NCBI GenBank assembly: GCA_029865825.1
Contig: JARXAQ010000248.1
Span: forward strand, 4,302 to 68,301
Origin: Rhizobium sp.
Lineage (GTDB): Bacteria; Pseudomonadota; Alphaproteobacteria; Rhizobiales; Rhizobiaceae
Direction: 5' to 3'
Length of the DNA stretch: 64,000 nucleotides
The notes under the pieces were generated by a model. That model had not been told where the DNA came from and ran no database searches. It saw only the letters and a program-made list of their open reading frames with translations. Position numbers and translations under genes: made by a program. Positions 9,157-19,039 of the stretch are shown piece by piece (position 1 is the stretch's first letter; each line of letters starts with the position of its first letter).

Positions 9157-11301
9157 ATGGCCAAGACATCAACCCGTGGGCCCGCCGGGTCCAAAACTGC
9201 GACTGCCAAGATCCACGACCAGACGATGCAGCGCGGCGAAGGAGGCGAACTGCATCAGATCGCCGAAGGTGACGTGCCTTTGCTGACGACGGCGCAAGGC
9301 GGTCCTGTCTCCGACGACCAGAATTCTCTGCGCGTTGGCCCGCGGGGTCCACTGGTCATGGACGACTTCCATTTCCGCGAGAAGATGTTTCACTTCGACC
9401 ATGAGCGCATCCCGGAGCGGGTGGTCCATGCCCGTGGCTATGGCGCGCACGGCTATTTCGAGACCTATGAATCGCTCGCCGATTATACCAAGGCCGATCT
9501 CTTCCAGCGTCCCGGAGAAAGAACGGAAGCCTTCGTCCGCTTCTCGACGGTTGCCGGCAATAAAGGCTCCGCTGACCTTGCCCGCGATGTCCGCGGCTTC
9601 GCCGTCAAGCTCTACACCCAGGAGGGCAACTGGGACCTCGTCGGCAACAACATCCCGGTCTTCTTCATCCAGGATGCCATCAAGTTTCCAGACCTGATCC
9701 ATGCCGCCAAGCAGGAGCCTGACCGGGCTTTCCCGCAGGCGCAGACCGCCCATGATACCTTCTGGGATTTCATCAGCCTGACACCGGAAAGCATGAACAT
9801 GGTCATGTGGATCATGTCGGACCGCACGATCCCGCGCTCCTTCCGCTTCATGGAGGGTTTCGGCGTGCACACCTTCCGCTTCGTCAACGCAAAGGACGAA
9901 TCCACCTTCGTCAAATTCCACTGGAAGCCGAAACTGGGTCTCCAGTCGGTGGCCTGGAACGAGGCGGTCAAGATCAACGGTGCCGATCCGGATTTTCATC
10001 GTCGCGATCTCTGGCAATCGATTCAGTCCGGCAACTTTCCGGAATGGGAGTTGCAGGTTCAGCTGTTTGATCAGGAATTTGCCGACAGCTTCGATTTCGA
10101 CGTGCTCGACCCGACGAAGATCATCCCCGAGGAGATCCTTCCGCCTGTCGCCATCGGCCGGCTGGTGCTCGACCGCATGCCCGACAATTTCTTCGCGGAA
10201 ACAGAGCAGGTCGCCTTCATGACGCAGAACGTGCCGCCGGGCATCGATTTCAGCAATGATCCGCTGCTGCAGGGTCGCAACTTCTCCTATCTGGACACAC
10301 AATTGAAGCGTCTGGGCGGACCGAACTTCACCCATCTGCCGATCAATGCGCCGAAGTGTCCCTTTGCGACCTTCCAGCAGGATGGCCACATGGCGATGCG
10401 CAATCCTGTCGGCAAGGTCAATTACCAGCCCAACTCCTTTGGCGCCGGACCGCGGGAATCGCCGACCCGCGGCTATCGCCATTTCCCGGCAGAAGAACAG
10501 GGAAGCAAGGCACGCCTGCGCCCTGAGAGCTTCGCCGATCACTATAGCCTGGCTCGGCAGTTCTACATCAGCCAGACGCCGCCGGAGCAGCGCCACATCG
10601 CGGCTGCCCTGACCTTCTAATTAAGCAAGGTGGAAACGGCCGTGATCCGCGAGCGCATGGTCTCTCATCTTCTCAATATCGATGAGACACTGGCCAATAC
10701 CGTAGCCCAAAAGCTCGGCTTCCAGTCGATGCCGAAACCGGCGGATGCCGCGATGCCGACGCGCCAGGATCTGGAGCCCGCCCCCTCACTCAGCATCGTG
10801 GAGCGCGGCCCGAAACGTTTCGAAGGCCGCAAGCTCGGTATCCTGATCACGGATGGAGTCGATGCGAAGTTGCTGAAGGGGCTGACGGCGGCGATCACCA
10901 AGGAGAAAGCCGTCTTCGAGCTGATTGCGCCGAAGGTCGGCGGCGTCAAAGCGTCGGATGGATCCTGGATCGAGGTCCACCACATGATCGATGGCGGGCC
11001 ATCGGTCCTCTTCGATGCCGTCGCGCTGCTGACATCGGCAGAGGCGATGGATGACCTCGTCAAGGAAGCGACCGCACGCGATTTCGTGGCCGACGCCTTC
11101 CAGCATTGCAAGTTCATCGGCTACGACCAGTCGGCCATGCCGCTTCTCGAAAAGGCCGGCATTGCAGAGGCGCTGGATGAAGGCGTGATCGCCTTGCCCG
11201 GCGACGAAGGCTTGGACGGGTTCGTATCATCCCTTGGCAAGCTGCGGGTCTGGGGAAGGGAGCCTTCCGTGAAATTGGGCAAGGCTTCGGAACCGAAGTA
11301 A
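9157..11301 (+). pseudogene. katE: Catalase HPII interrupted by an in-frame TAA at 10618-10620
   Basis: [15 protein letters not shown] and RNFSYLDTQ motifs; the frame continues past TAA (AALTF*LSKVET) into the C-terminal GATase-like domain GRKLGILITDG. Confidence 0.9.
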
Positions 11302-11306
11302 CATAT

Positions 11307-11331
11307 CCGGCCCCCAGTTGATGGGGGCCGG
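11307..11331. terminator. Hairpin between convergent katE and HWE kinase
   Basis: CCGGCCCCCA-GTTGA-TGGGGGCCGG. Confidence 0.6.
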
Positions 11332-11430
11332 CCATCCTCTCTGATTGAGAGAAATCGGGCCTGCGGGTTCTCGCTCGAAAGCCGAAGTGCCGTCGCTTCG
11401 CTGATTGCTCATCGTCGAGCCGAGTGACAA

Positions 11431-12432
11431 CTAATGCACCAGATCGCTCACCCGCATTTTTAAAGCCACAACAACTCCACCGGCTGTCCAATCATACGTG
11501 ATTGAGCCGCCGAGATGTCCAGCCACTGTCCGGTGGAGCAACTTGCTGCCATATCCTTCAGCTGAATTTCGCGGAGCATCCGCGCAGCCTTGCTCACTCC
11601 ACACGATTTCAACATCGTCCTCAACGGTCGCTCCGGAGATATCGAGCAAGCCTTGTTCGGCCGACAGCGCACCGTATTTCAGCGAGTTGGTCGCCAGTTC
11701 GTGGATCACAAGAGCAAGGCTGGTCGCCGCCTTCTCTCCTATGCCCATGCGCGGTACGGCCACGCGGATACGACCTGCGAATGCGCCGAGGTCATCATAG
11801 GGTGCCAAAAGCACCGAGAACAAATCGCCCAGCAGAGCAGCGCTCCCCTGGCCGTTTGGAAGAGGCCTGACAAGATCGTGGGCCCGCCCCAGCGCCGTCA
11901 ACCGCTGGGTCAGTTGTTTCGCCATCTCCTCCTTTGTCTCGGTCGTGCGTGAAGTGATCGACGTCAGTCCGGATGCCAGAGCGAGCAGGTTTTTAACCCG
12001 GTGGCTCATTTCGCCGGCCAGCAGTTCGTGGCCTTCTTCTGCTTGCTTGCGCCCCGTGACATCGAGAAAGATGCCCGTCATCTTCTCGGCGGCAGGTTCT
12101 CCCTTGTTCCCTTGCCCCCGTGCAGAAATCCAGCGCACGTCGGATGCGCTCGTCAATATTCTGAAGTCGATTTCGAACTGACCTTCGACCACGCGGGTGG
12201 CCTCGAAGGCCGTCCTCACACGGTCCCGGTCGGCAGGATGAATCTGGGCGGACAAGTGTTCGAAAGTCAGGACGGTTTTTGCAGAAAGGCCCCAAAGTTC
12301 GAAGCCTCTGGCATCCATGATAAACTCGTCGTTTTCGATGATCCACGTCCAGAGCGCGACCCCGGCGGAATCGATCGCACTGCGGAGCTCCTGCACATTC
12401 CAGTCTGGATGGGTCGGACCGATGTCTTTCAT
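11431..12432 (-). CDS. PAS-HWE family sensor histidine kinase
   Basis: PAS (IHPADRDRV, WISARG); EMSHRVKN H-box; HELATNSLKYGAL; WSE. Confidence 0.92.
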   Translation of the reverse strand: MKDIGPTHPDWNVQELRSAIDSAGVALWTWIIENDEFIMDARGFELWGLSAKTVLTFEHLSAQIHPADRDRVRTAFEATRVVEGQFEIDFRILTSASDVRWISARGQGNKGEPAAEKMTGIFLDVTGRKQAEEGHELLAGEMSHRVKNLLALASGLTSITSRTTETKEEMAKQLTQRLTALGRAHDLVRPLPNGQGSAALLGDLFSVLLAPYDDLGAFAGRIRVAVPRMGIGEKAATSLALVIHELATNSLKYGALSAEQGLLDISGATVEDDVEIVWSEQGCADAPRNSAEGYGSKLLHRTVAGHLGGSITYDWTAGGVVVALKMRVSDLVH

Positions 12433-12616
12433 GGAAGCTCTCCCGTTCAGCGGTGCAGCTCATCAATCCACAATCCGTAAATGACCTTACAGTCAAAAGG
12501 CTACCACTGGCCAGCCAGTTCGGTGGGCGAAGAATTCCGGGCGCGCCTCCTCCCTGCGACGGCCAGGACGGAAGTGGTTCAGATAAAGTGGTTATCATTC
12601 AAAACGACCCCATTGC

Positions 12617-12641
12617 GGAACTTTCGTCACGCCGTCGTGTT
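12617..12641 (+). promoter_or_regulatory. EcfG/RpoE2 promoter
   Basis: GGAAC-N16-TGTT. Confidence 0.7.
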
Positions 12642-12686
12642 CTTGATCCGAGACCTAGCAACAAGGTCCGCAAAAGAGGAAAACCC

Positions 12687-13004
12687 ATGAAAAACATGAT
12701 TTTCGCGGCGGCGCTCGTGTGCGCGTCGGCAGTGTCTGCCTATGCCCAGACCACCACTGTTCCTGCAACCGACGGCGATACGCCAGCCGTGGTAACACCG
12801 GAAACACCGAACGCTGCAGCCCCCGTGGAGGGCGCAAATTCCTTCACCGAAGGTCAGGCCAAGGAGCGCATCGAAGCTGCCGGCTACACCGCCGTCACCG
12901 ATCTGAAAATCGACGATAAGGGCGTCTGGCAGGCCACGGCAATGAAGGACGGCACGTCCATGTCGGTTGCGATGGATTACCAGGGCAACGTCGTCTCGAA
13001 ATAA
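12687..13004 (+). CDS. PepSY-like secreted small protein
   Basis: Signal peptide (AYA); GANSFTEGQAKERIEAAGY...GVWQA...DYQGNV; RBS GAGGA. Confidence 0.85.
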   Translation: MKNMIFAAALVCASAVSAYAQTTTVPATDGDTPAVVTPETPNAAAPVEGANSFTEGQAKERIEAAGYTAVTDLKIDDKGVWQATAMKDGTSMSVAMDYQGNVVSK

Positions 13005-13035
13005 TCTTGCGTTAACGCAGAGAAAGGTCATTCCC

Positions 13036-13647
13036 ATGAAAACCGTTACCGGACTTTTTGACACCTACAGTGATGCAAGCGCAGCCGTCAGTGCACTGGA
13101 GGCCCGTGGCGTACCGTCCGACGACATCAGCATCGTTTCCAACAATGCCGACAACAGCCACCGACATGAAGACAACGACAATGGTGCAGCAGAAGGTGCT
13201 GGCACCGGTGCTGGTATTGGCGCCGTGGTTGGTGGCGCGGGCGGTCTACTGACAGGCCTCGGCATCATGGCCATCCCCGGCGTGGGTCCAGTTGTTGCGG
13301 CCGGTTGGCTCGCGGCAACCGCTGCAGGCGCCATTGCCGGCGCAGTTGCTGGCGGTGCGGCTGGTGGCCTGATTGGCGCATTGATGGATTCCGGCGTTTC
13401 TGAAGAAGAGGCCCACGTTTACGCGGAAGGTGTTCGCCGTGGCGGGACGCTGGTCACAGCGCGCGTCGATGACGCCATGGAAGCCGAGGCGGAAGCGATC
13501 CTCAAGCAGTCCAATCGCGTCGATCCGATGGCGCGCCGCGAGGCCTATTCGGAGCAGGGCTGGACGAAGTTCGATCATTCGGCTGATCCTTACGGCCCGG
13601 CGGAAATCGAACAGGAGCGCGACCGCTATCGGGCTCGCACTCTCTAA
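13036..13647 (+). CDS. General stress membrane protein (YflT/17M-like N-terminus, glycine zipper)
   Basis: MKTVTGLFDTYSDA..DISIV; AIPGVGPVVAAG; GVSEEEAHVYAEGVRRGG. Confidence 0.85.
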   Translation: MKTVTGLFDTYSDASAAVSALEARGVPSDDISIVSNNADNSHRHEDNDNGAAEGAGTGAGIGAVVGGAGGLLTGLGIMAIPGVGPVVAAGWLAATAAGAIAGAVAGGAAGGLIGALMDSGVSEEEAHVYAEGVRRGGTLVTARVDDAMEAEAEAILKQSNRVDPMARREAYSEQGWTKFDHSADPYGPAEIEQERDRYRARTL

Positions 13648-13658
13648 TAGAGTTAAAC

Positions 13659-13684
13659 CGAGGACCGGCTCACGCCGGTCCTCG
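13659..13684 (+). terminator. Hairpin after the general stress gene
   Basis: CGAGGACCGGC-TCAC-GCCGGTCCTCG. Confidence 0.55.
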
Positions 13685-13752
13685 ACCTCATTGTTGAACA
13701 TCATCTATCAACAGGGATGTCGGTTGGCTTTCCGGAACCCAGAAGGTCACCC

Positions 13753-14838
13753 ATGCGAAGCATTTCCGATACCATCGAGCGGCTCGCCCGCGCCCGTGTG
13801 CAGGCGTCAGGCGCCGCTGGCCAGCCTAACAAGCTGACCCGACTGGACGCCCCTGCGCAAAACCCTGGCCAGCTCACCGGCTGGTATCAGTGCCCGGACA
13901 GTCCAGCGTCACCTCCCGCCCTCGTGGTCGTCCTGCATGGATGCACGCAGACGGCAGCAGCCTATGATCATGGCTCCGGCTGGTCGAGGCTCGCCGAAGA
14001 CTATGGTTTTGCGGTCCTGTTCCCGGAACAATCCCGCCAGAACAACACCAATCTCTGTTTCAACTGGTTCCAGAGCGATGACGTCGCCCGCGACACGGGG
14101 GAGGTCCTGTCGATCCGCGCGATGATTGCGAGCATGATCGACATGCATGGTGTCGATCCGCGCCGTGTGTTCGTCACCGGCCTTTCGGCAGGTGGCGCCA
14201 TGGCCAATGCACTTCTCGCCTCGTATCCCGAGGTCTTTAGCGGTGGAGCAATCATCGCCGGCCTTCCCTTCGGTGTCGCCTCCACGGTGCCGGAAGCATT
14301 CGACCGGATGCGAGGGCACGGAATTCCATCCTCGACGACGCTCGACGCCACGCTCAGGAGCGCTTCGCGCCACGAAGGGCCGTGGCCGACCGTCTCCGTC
14401 TGGCATGGGACCAACGACAATACCGTCGTGGAAGCCAATGCCCGCGCAATCATCGATCAATGGCGGGGGGTCCATGGCGTGGACGTTACATCAAGCGAGG
14501 CTCAGCTTGTCGAGGGCGGTCATGCGCTGGAACTATGGAAGGATGCATCCGGCAGAAACGCCATCGAGCACTACCGGATTGTAGGGATGGGCCATGGAGC
14601 GCCTGTTGATGCGACCACCGGATATGGCAAACCTGCCGCACATATGCTCGACGCCGGGATTTCGTCGACCGTACATATCGCGCGCGGCTGGGGGCTGACC
14701 CCATCCTTCGAGCGGCGAGAAAGGCCGGCAACGCCCGATGCGCCACACGTTGCCGCACAGCACGGCCAACCCTCAAAGCCCGAGGGCGTACAGGAGGTCA
14801 TCGAGAGTGCGTTGCGGGCTGCCGGCCTTATGAAATGA
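13753..14838 (+). CDS. PHB depolymerase family esterase (LpqC-like)
   Basis: LVVVLHGCTQ, CFNWF, GLSAGG nucleophile elbow, WHGTND, GMGH. Confidence 0.9.
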   Translation: MRSISDTIERLARARVQASGAAGQPNKLTRLDAPAQNPGQLTGWYQCPDSPASPPALVVVLHGCTQTAAAYDHGSGWSRLAEDYGFAVLFPEQSRQNNTNLCFNWFQSDDVARDTGEVLSIRAMIASMIDMHGVDPRRVFVTGLSAGGAMANALLASYPEVFSGGAIIAGLPFGVASTVPEAFDRMRGHGIPSSTTLDATLRSASRHEGPWPTVSVWHGTNDNTVVEANARAIIDQWRGVHGVDVTSSEAQLVEGGHALELWKDASGRNAIEHYRIVGMGHGAPVDATTGYGKPAAHMLDAGISSTVHIARGWGLTPSFERRERPATPDAPHVAAQHGQPSKPEGVQEVIESALRAAGLMK

Positions 14839-14927
14839 GGTCAGTGGCGGGGCACTGGCTGGCTGACGAGGCCCTAGGCAGTGCCAATGGCAATACGCAG
14901 CCCTGCGGTCTTAATTGCTGTGTTCCC

Positions 14928-14952
14928 GGAACTTCCTGGATTCCCATAGGTT
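14928..14952 (+). promoter_or_regulatory. EcfG/RpoE2 promoter
   Basis: GGAAC-N16-GGTT. Confidence 0.7.
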
Positions 14953-15022
14953 GCTCTAACATAACTTCCTGCGGGATCTGCCGCCGACATGCGCCGGTCG
15001 TCCGCGATTGAAAGACGAGTCC

Positions 15023-15538
15023 ATGATGAGATTTTCTGCTTGGTCCCTGGCGGCCGCTTCGGCGCTCGTCCTCGCCTGTGGAAGCTTTGCCCATGCCGAC
15101 GAAGCAGCCTTCCTGAAGTCTATGGAAGGAAGTTGGAACGGCAAGGGCACCGTCAAAGTGCGGGCCAATGCCCCGGCGATAAATGTGAATTGCCGCTTCA
15201 CGTCGGACACGACATCGCAATCGCTCTCGCTTGATGGAAAATGCACAAGCCTTGCGATCTTCTCGCGTGCGATCAGCGCCGACCTCAAGGCCACAGGATC
15301 CCAATACGCTGGCTCCTATGTCGGAGCGGGCACCGGCACTGCCGGACTGGGCGGAAAGCGGGCCGGAGATACCATCAACCTTGGCATTACCTGGGCGAAG
15401 GAGGTCAATGGCGATCGGCGGGCACAGATGACGATCGAAAAGGTCGGCGACACCGGCATGCGCCTGACAACGGTCGATACCGATCCCAAGACTGGCAAAT
15501 CGATCGTCACCAGCCGTATCGATCTGCGTCGCACGTGA
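15023..15538 (+). CDS. Secreted hypothetical beta-strand-rich protein
   Basis: Signal peptide ending AHA; GSWNGKG; two Cys; coding-like codon usage. Confidence 0.75.
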   Translation: MMRFSAWSLAAASALVLACGSFAHADEAAFLKSMEGSWNGKGTVKVRANAPAINVNCRFTSDTTSQSLSLDGKCTSLAIFSRAISADLKATGSQYAGSYVGAGTGTAGLGGKRAGDTINLGITWAKEVNGDRRAQMTIEKVGDTGMRLTTVDTDPKTGKSIVTSRIDLRRT

Positions 15539-15746
15539 GGCGGGTTTGATCTTGGCTGGTCCGGTTGGCTTGCCAGCCCGACAATTCAAATTTTGTCAGT
15601 CTCCTTGCGGAAACCGACCTTGATCATAGGCTTTGCTAAACCTCGGGCGCGTCTTTGAGACATGCTGACAGTCTCCTTTTCGAGCAGAGCTACCGTCGTG
15701 GCGGTTGAAACGGAGGCTTGCATCAATGGTGCCTGGCTATTGGGCC

Positions 15747-15771
15747 GGAACCTTCCACCGAGATTGCCATT
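15747..15771 (+). promoter_or_regulatory. EcfG/RpoE2 promoter, probably driving a leaderless mRNA
   Basis: GGAAC-N16-CATT, 7 nt before ATG 15779; no SD sequence. Confidence 0.6.
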
Positions 15772-15778
15772 GAACCCT

Positions 15779-16012
15779 ATGAACAGATATTTCTTTCACA
15801 TCCACGAGCGAAACGAACTGGAGATCGATGTCGAAGGCGTCGAGTTTGCAGACGACGCCGCCGCTCGATGGGGTGCTATCTCCGCTGCGAAGGACATGGT
15901 TGTTGAGGCTGTCGTCGGCGATGCAGAGATAGATGGCCGCCAGCTTGAGGTGATGTCGTCAGGGGGTGACTTGGTGGCGGTGGTCTCACTTCAGTCCGTC
16001 ATCAAAATCTAA
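15779..16012 (+). CDS. DUF6894-like small protein
   Basis: MNRYFFHIHE...DVEGVEFADDAAAR...LEVMSSGGDLV pattern. Confidence 0.75.
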   Translation: MNRYFFHIHERNELEIDVEGVEFADDAAARWGAISAAKDMVVEAVVGDAEIDGRQLEVMSSGGDLVAVVSLQSVIKI

Positions 16013-16155
16013 GTGCAGCGGCTGTTGCCTGTTCGGCAGGATGGTTGAATGCACCAAGCGACTTTCAAGATCTCTGAACAGGCTCCGCGCTTTCACCAAG
16101 CGATCGGGTCTGGCGAATGACCGATCCCCCGGTTCTTGTTTGTGGACCGACGAAT

Positions 16156-16503
16156 ATGGAGGAGCAGTCCTTGATTGACGGAAGACAAATCACAGCCGCG
16201 CGGACCCTGCTCGGTCTAACGCAAGAAGAAGTCGCCAACCGCGCGCAACTATCCATGCCTGCCATGCAGGCGCTTGAGGCGGCCTCCGGTGACATCCTTC
16301 AGGATCGCGAAACAGACCTCGCGGCGGTCAGGACGGTCCTCGAAGATGCAGGGATCATCTTTATCGACGAGCGCGCCACGAGCGCCGCAGGCGGCGCCGG
16401 CGTGCGACTTGCAGTGCCGTCGGCATCTGTCGACACCGACGAGCAACAAACCGTGCAGTATCCGGAGATGGCCCGAAACGGGCCTTTCGGGGCTGGCGGA
16501 TAA
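16156..16503 (+). CDS. XRE-family HTH DNA-binding protein
   Basis: QITAARTLLGLTQEEVA..LEDAGIIFID..GAGVRL; alternative TTG start at 16171 after GGAGGAG. Confidence 0.82.
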   Translation: MEEQSLIDGRQITAARTLLGLTQEEVANRAQLSMPAMQALEAASGDILQDRETDLAAVRTVLEDAGIIFIDERATSAAGGAGVRLAVPSASVDTDEQQTVQYPEMARNGPFGAGG

Positions 16504-16756
16504 AGCCAAAATACGGATGGGTGTGGTCCCAATGTGGCGTCCATTGGGGTTCCGGCTCGCACTAGCGCTCAAGGTCTGCGAAAAGCGAGTTCACGTGGCT
16601 CCCGTGTTGCGCATTTGGTCGGAAGATTATCCGAGGTGTTCTGAAAGGGAGATAGCTGATCGCGCCAGCATTCTAGTGTTATGAAGCGGAAGAGCGGCAC
16701 TTGTTGCCGCTCGCCACTACAGCCAATTGTTTCTGCTGCGGTTTTCATCTCATCAT

Positions 16757-17665
16757 TCAGGTGGGGGCATGGCATTCCAGCAGCCATTCCATGAACTGCT
16801 GCAGCGCACGGCTTTGTGTGCGGTTCACGGGTATGACGACGTAATAGGCGCCGCTTGGTACGACGGATGCGTGCCCGAGCCTGATCAACCGCCTTTGCTC
16901 GACGAGATCGCTTACCATGCGGTCCCAGCCCAGGGTGATGCCCTGGCCGTTTAGCGTCGCGTAGATCGCTTCGGTGTAGAAGCTGCAGCGCATTCCCTTC
17001 AGTTTTGCGGTGTTGGAGATACCGAAGTTCGACAGCCACGCGTTCCAGCCGATCCACATCGGGTCATCGGCCTCGTTGGAGATCAGCGGCTGACGGATCA
17101 GGTCGGCTGGCGATATGTCGGGATCGACGTTCTTGGCAAACTCTGGGCTACAGACAGGGAAGACGTGGTCTTCGAACAGTTTCTCCGCTCGCCCACTCGG
17201 CCATTTCCCGTCTCCGAAGCGGATCGCTACATCGACGTCCCCTTGGTCGAGAGCCGGCATGGCATCCTGGCTGACGATGCGCAGCGTCGTGTCCGGATGA
17301 CGTCGGGAAAATTCCGATATGCGGGGCAGCAGCCAGAAATGCGAGAAGGCGACCGTGGCCGAGATCGTCAACTCGTCGCCGCTTGTCTCTCGGCGCAATT
17401 CGGATGAGGCCTCGGCAATCAGGTTGAAGGCGTTGCTGGCCGCAGCGGCGAGCGATCTGCCCTGGGATGTCAGCGACACTTTCCGGTGCAGGCGGTTAAA
17501 CAGCGGAAATCCGAAATCCTCCTCGAGCGCATGGATCTGCCGGCTGACCGCCGCCTGCGTCACACCCAGCTCCTCGGCAGCCCGGGTGAAACTGGAAAGG
17601 CGAGCAGCCGCCTCGAAGGCGGTCAACGCGGTCATGGGGGGAAGCTGTCGTCTCAAGCTCTTCAT
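16757..17665 (-). CDS. LysR family regulator (GcvA-like)
   Basis: LPPMTALTAFEAAARLSSFTRAAEELGVTQAAVSRQI. Confidence 0.94.
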   Translation of the reverse strand: MKSLRRQLPPMTALTAFEAAARLSSFTRAAEELGVTQAAVSRQIHALEEDFGFPLFNRLHRKVSLTSQGRSLAAAASNAFNLIAEASSELRRETSGDELTISATVAFSHFWLLPRISEFSRRHPDTTLRIVSQDAMPALDQGDVDVAIRFGDGKWPSGRAEKLFEDHVFPVCSPEFAKNVDPDISPADLIRQPLISNEADDPMWIGWNAWLSNFGISNTAKLKGMRCSFYTEAIYATLNGQGITLGWDRMVSDLVEQRRLIRLGHASVVPSGAYYVVIPVNRTQSRALQQFMEWLLECHAPT

Positions 17666-17691
17666 GGGGCCTCACTGCGTGAACCTTCTTC

Positions 17692-17708
17692 CATTACTAA
17701 AGGTAATG
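17692..17708. promoter_or_regulatory. LysR T-N11-A box
   Basis: CATTAC-TAAAG-GTAATG in the divergent intergenic region. Confidence 0.55.
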
Positions 17709-17785
17709 TCAAGGCCGCCGATTTGTGCAGTTGAAGCTGCAGGGTTTCCTGCCAGGATACCCGGATCATCAGATAAGGGTGCGTT

Positions 17786-19039
17786 ATGCTCAACCGGCTT
17801 GCCTCCTCCATTTCCGCACTTCTCGACGCACGTGCAAACGGCCACTCTTTGCCTTCGGGGCTCTATACGCGCGACGACGTTTTCGAGGCCGATCTCGACG
17901 TCTTTTTTACGCGCCACTGGATCTATGTGGGGCTCGAATGCGAAGTGCCTGAGGCCGGCGACGCCGTTGTCATCGACATCGGCAAGATCAGCGTGATCCT
18001 TCTGCGTGACGATGACAATGCGATCCGGGTCGTTCGCAATGTCTGTCGCCATCGTGGCTCCCGCCTTCTCGATGCCGGCCCGACCGTGGTGTCAAAGTTG
18101 GTCTGTCCCTATCATCAATGGACCTACGAGCTGGATGGCGCGCTTTCCTACGCCCCGCATATGGGCAAGGATTTCGACAAGAGCTGCCGCAGCCTGAAAC
18201 CAGTCCAATTCCGGTCGATCGGTGGGCTGATCTATATCTGTCTGTCGGATAATCCGCCTGATGACATTCATCATCTGGAAGATGCCATGCGTGAGCGCCT
18301 GGCGCCCTACGACCTCAGAAACACGAAGGTTGCGCACCAGGTCGATGTCATCGAGGACGGCAATTGGAAGCTCACGATGGAGAACAATCGCGAGTGTTAT
18401 CACTGTTCGGCCAACCACCCGGAACTCTGCGTCTCCTTCGTCGATCTCGATTTCGGCTTCGACCCCGAGAGCCTGAGCGCGGAGGACCGCGAGCAGGCAG
18501 AGACGCATTTCGCGATGTATGCCGAGCGAACACAGGCTTGGGAAGCCGATGGGTTTCCGTCCGCGACGGTCGAGCGTGTCCGGGACTGCGAGACCAATTT
18601 TCGAACCCAGCGCCTGATCATCGCTGGTGCTGGCGAATCCCAAACCGAGGATGCGACGGCTGCCTCTTCCAAGCTGCTCGGCAGCATAACCCGCAAGGAT
18701 CTGGGCGACACGCATCTTTGGGGGCATAACAGCTGGAACCATTTCATGGGCGACCATGCGGTCACCTCCATGGTCATCCCGCTGTCCGCCGACAAGACGC
18801 TCGTGCGGACGAAATGGCTCGTGCACAAGGATGCGGTGGAGGGCGTGGATTACGATTTGCACAAGCTCACGCATGTCTGGATCGAGACGACGAACCAGGA
18901 TTCCGATCTGGTCGCCCGTTCGCAGGCCGGCGTGACCGACCCCGCCTACGAGCCAGGCGTCTATTCGACCTTCACCGAACGCGCGCTCGACGATTTTGCG
19001 TCCTGGTATATCGACCGGATGCGCGCTCATGGCTACTGA
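17786..19039 (+). CDS. Rieske oxygenase alpha subunit (GbcA/Stc2-like betaine N-demethylase)
   Basis: CRHRG...CPYHQW Rieske ligands; NWKLTMENNRECYHCSANHPEL mononuclear Fe site. Confidence 0.9.
   Translation: MLNRLASSISALLDARANGHSLPSGLYTRDDVFEADLDVFFTRHWIYVGLECEVPEAGDAVVIDIGKISVILLRDDDNAIRVVRNVCRHRGSRLLDAGPTVVSKLVCPYHQWTYELDGALSYAPHMGKDFDKSCRSLKPVQFRSIGGLIYICLSDNPPDDIHHLEDAMRERLAPYDLRNTKVAHQVDVIEDGNWKLTMENNRECYHCSANHPELCVSFVDLDFGFDPESLSAEDREQAETHFAMYAERTQAWEADGFPSATVERVRDCETNFRTQRLIIAGAGESQTEDATAASSKLLGSITRKDLGDTHLWGHNSWNHFMGDHAVTSMVIPLSADKTLVRTKWLVHKDAVEGVDYDLHKLTHVWIETTNQDSDLVARSQAGVTDPAYEPGVYSTFTERALDDFASWYIDRMRAHGY

Noticed and set aside
10618-10620. Programmed recoding (Sec/Pyl readthrough) in katE
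   Set aside because: The codon is TAA, not TGA or TAG, and the expected residue is Glu; a single substitution is simpler
13190-13380. GGC/GCT-rich repetitive stretch
   Set aside because: Encodes the Gly/Ala zipper of the stress protein; not a DNA repeat element
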